Positions 61,980-64,000 of a stretch of 64,000 bases of DNA are shown here, in pieces. Position numbers and translations under genes: made by a program. Numbering within the stretch: position 1 is the first letter of the stretch; each line of letters begins with the position of its first letter. The notes under the pieces are model-generated. The model saw nothing but the letters and a program-made list of their open reading frames with translations. It was not told where the DNA came from and searched no databases. Source of the DNA: an uncultured Anaeroplasmatales bacterium (GTDB lineage: Bacteria > Bacillota_I > Bacilli_A > Acholeplasmatales > WRBM01); contig CAYZIB010000001.1 in assembly GCA_964478425.1 (NCBI GenBank), positions 15,100 to 79,099 of the forward strand, in the 5' to 3' direction.

Positions 61980-63049
61980 ATATTTTATTTACAGGGGGAA
62001 AAACTCAAGGACATATCCAACCAATAATTGCTTTAATTAATGAATTTAAAAAAAATAATAATTCAGAAAATAAAAAAATTAATTTATTTTATATTGGGGT
62101 TAAAAATGGTTTAGAAGAAAAATTAATTAAAAATATTGAATCTGTCAATTATATTAGTTTTAAATCGTATGGATTAAGTAAAAATATTTTTAAATTAATT
62201 TTAGCTATATTTTATTTTATAATTAATTTTTTTAAATCATTTAAGATATTAAAAAAATTTAAAATAGATTTAGTAGTAAGTACAGGAGGATTTATTAGTG
62301 TAAGTGTTTTAAAAGCATGTCAATATAAAAAAATAAAATATGTTATTCATGAACAAAATGTTATTCCTGGTAAATCAAATAAATATTTAAGTGCTAAAGC
62401 ATTAAAAATATTTGTTTCATTTAATGAATTAAAATATTTTAATAAATATAAAAATAAAGTTATATATTCTGGAAATCCAGCTGCAAGCATAGCTTTAAAT
62501 TCTAAAATAAAATCAAATCAAAAATATCCAAATGGATATTTAAAATTATTAGTAGTAAGTGGATCACAAGGTTCAAAAAAAATTAATGAATGTATAAAAA
62601 ATATGATTGATTATTTTAAAAGTAATAATATTTTTTTAACCTGGATTACAGGAGAAAAATATTATTTAGAATATCAAAAATATAGTTCTAATAATGTTTT
62701 GATATATCCATACACATATTTAAATATTCCACTTTTAAAAGAAGCAGATATTGTAATATCAAGAGCAGGCGCAACCACTATTAGTGAAATTATTGCATTA
62801 AAAAAGCCAAGTATTTTAATTCCATCAAAAAATGTTACTAATAATCATCAAGAATATAATTGTGATTATTTATATAATATTAATGCGGCTTTAAAAATTA
62901 CTGATGATAATTTGAATTGTGAAAATTTAATTAAATTAATTAATAAATTAATAATTTTAAGAAATAATATTAGTTATAATTTAGAAAAAATAAGTGTTTA
63001 TGATCCTGCAAAAAAAATATATTTAGAAATAATGGATATTTTAAAATGA
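61976..63049 (+). CDS. murG: UDP-N-acetylglucosamine--LPS/undecaprenyl-PP-MurNAc-pentapeptide GlcNAc transferase MurG
   Basis: 'FTGGKTQGHIQP', 'SRAGATTISE' and 'NHQEYN'. Confidence 0.9.
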   Translation: MNILFTGGKTQGHIQPIIALINEFKKNNNSENKKINLFYIGVKNGLEEKLIKNIESVNYISFKSYGLSKNIFKLILAIFYFIINFFKSFKILKKFKIDLVVSTGGFISVSVLKACQYKKIKYVIHEQNVIPGKSNKYLSAKALKIFVSFNELKYFNKYKNKVIYSGNPAASIALNSKIKSNQKYPNGYLKLLVVSGSQGSKKINECIKNMIDYFKSNNIFLTWITGEKYYLEYQKYSSNNVLIYPYTYLNIPLLKEADIVISRAGATTISEIIALKKPSILIPSKNVTNNHQEYNCDYLYNINAALKITDDNLNCENLIKLINKLIILRNNISYNLEKISVYDPAKKIYLEIMDILK

Positions 63050-63933
63050 ACTTAAAAGAATTTATTAATATAAATAATTTAGGGTTAATAATTGAAAATG
63101 AAAATTTTAAAGATTATTTAACAATTAAAACAACAGGTAAAATTAAAAATTTAATCAAACCAAAAAACATCAAATCTTTAAAAAAAATTATTAAATATTT
63201 TAAAAAAAGCAATCAAAAATATTTTATTTTAGGAAATGGGTCAAATATTTATACTTCAAGTAAATGTATTATTGATAATGTTATATATATTAAGTCACTA
63301 AAAAAAGGATATAGTATTAAAAATGAAATATTATATGTATCAGCTTCATATTTAATGTCAAAATTAGCATATGAAATAGCTTTAAAAGGGTATAAAAACT
63401 TAGAATATTTTAGTGGTATTCCCGGAACAGTTGGGGGAATTATTTATATGAATGCAGGTGCATATAAAAATGAAATAATGGATTATATAATAAGTGTGAC
63501 TGTAATTGATGAATTTGGTAATTTAAAAGAAATAAAAAAAGAAGATATAAATTATAATTATCGTAAAACAAATTTAAATAATAAAGTGATTGTTAATGCT
63601 AAAATAAAATTAACAAAAACTAAAGAAGATATATTAAATAAAATATTAGAATGGAAAAAATATAGATTAGACACACAACCATTAAATTATCCAACATTTG
63701 GATCTGTTTTTAAAAATACAAATAAATATAAAGCTTGGGAAATTTTAGATTATTTAGGATATAGAGGTTATAAAATAAATGATATTATGGTTTCTTTTAA
63801 ACACTCTAATTTTATTATTAATTTAAATAATGGTAAAGGTGAAGATATATTTAATTTAATAAATATAATAAAGGATAAAGCTTTTAAAAAATTAAACATT
63901 ATTTTAGAAGAAGAAGTAATTTATTTAGGTTAA
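63046..63933 (+). CDS. murB: UDP-N-acetylenolpyruvoylglucosamine reductase MurB
   Basis: 'ILGNGSNI', 'GIPGTVGGIIYMNAGAY' and 'GSVFKN'. Confidence 0.9.
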   Translation: MNLKEFININNLGLIIENENFKDYLTIKTTGKIKNLIKPKNIKSLKKIIKYFKKSNQKYFILGNGSNIYTSSKCIIDNVIYIKSLKKGYSIKNEILYVSASYLMSKLAYEIALKGYKNLEYFSGIPGTVGGIIYMNAGAYKNEIMDYIISVTVIDEFGNLKEIKKEDINYNYRKTNLNNKVIVNAKIKLTKTKEDILNKILEWKKYRLDTQPLNYPTFGSVFKNTNKYKAWEILDYLGYRGYKINDIMVSFKHSNFIINLNNGKGEDIFNLINIIKDKAFKKLNIILEEEVIYLG

Positions 63934-64000
63934 AAAGTTTTAATAAAATTAATTTTTACACTTTATTTAAAATCAAAGATATTGTATAATATAAAATATG

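Overview
This 64-kb window is very AT-rich (about a quarter G+C by eye) and densely packed. TGA acts as a stop (ATGA stop/start overlaps at mutL/miaA, miaA/aroK and ftsW/murG), so this is genetic code 11, not the Mollicutes code. I support about 70 protein genes, almost all on the + strand, most with clear GGAGG/GGTGA Shine-Dalgarno sites and many with 1-26 nt stop/start overlaps. The content is core chromosome of a spore-forming, low-GC Bacillota (Bacilli/Erysipelotrichia-like gene order). It reads as several blocks that are separate in Bacillus subtilis: recD2...alaS-ruvX-yrzB-yrrM-yrrN-yrrO...greA; yqeG-yqeH-yqeK-rsfS-comEA-comEC-holA-rpsT-gpr; pgsA-recA-rny-ymdB-spoVS-miaB-ymcA-cotE-mutS-mutL-miaA; dacB-spmA-spmB-rluB-cmk-rpsA-der-gpsA-spoIVA; and ftsW/spoVE-murG-murB. 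Sporulation markers are sigK (uninterrupted), gpr, spoVS, cotE, dacB-spmAB, spoIVA and a possible spoVIF-like gene. The only structured RNA I can support is an alanine (GCU) T-box leader upstream of alaS. I see no rRNA, tRNA, CRISPR array, transposase, integrase, phage gene or recognisable defence or toxin-antitoxin module. I found no convincing multi-gene novel system; the window looks like ordinary housekeeping DNA. The best leads are single-gene oddities: (1) a tail-anchored acidic protein with two Rho_N/SAP-like motifs between cotE and mutS; (2) an apparently circularly permuted solute-binding domain in a lipoprotein-SBD-permease fusion; (3) a DUF1292/YrzB homologue with a 47-residue tail made only of Cys/His/Asp/Glu/Gly/Lys; (4) an orphan Ig-domain lipoprotein; (5) a decaying lipoprotein gene with an ATA start and a (TA)n frameshift; (6) sigK with no Shine-Dalgarno site, 14 bp head-to-head with yqeG. 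All protein-family calls come from motif recognition and remembered synteny; no database search was run.
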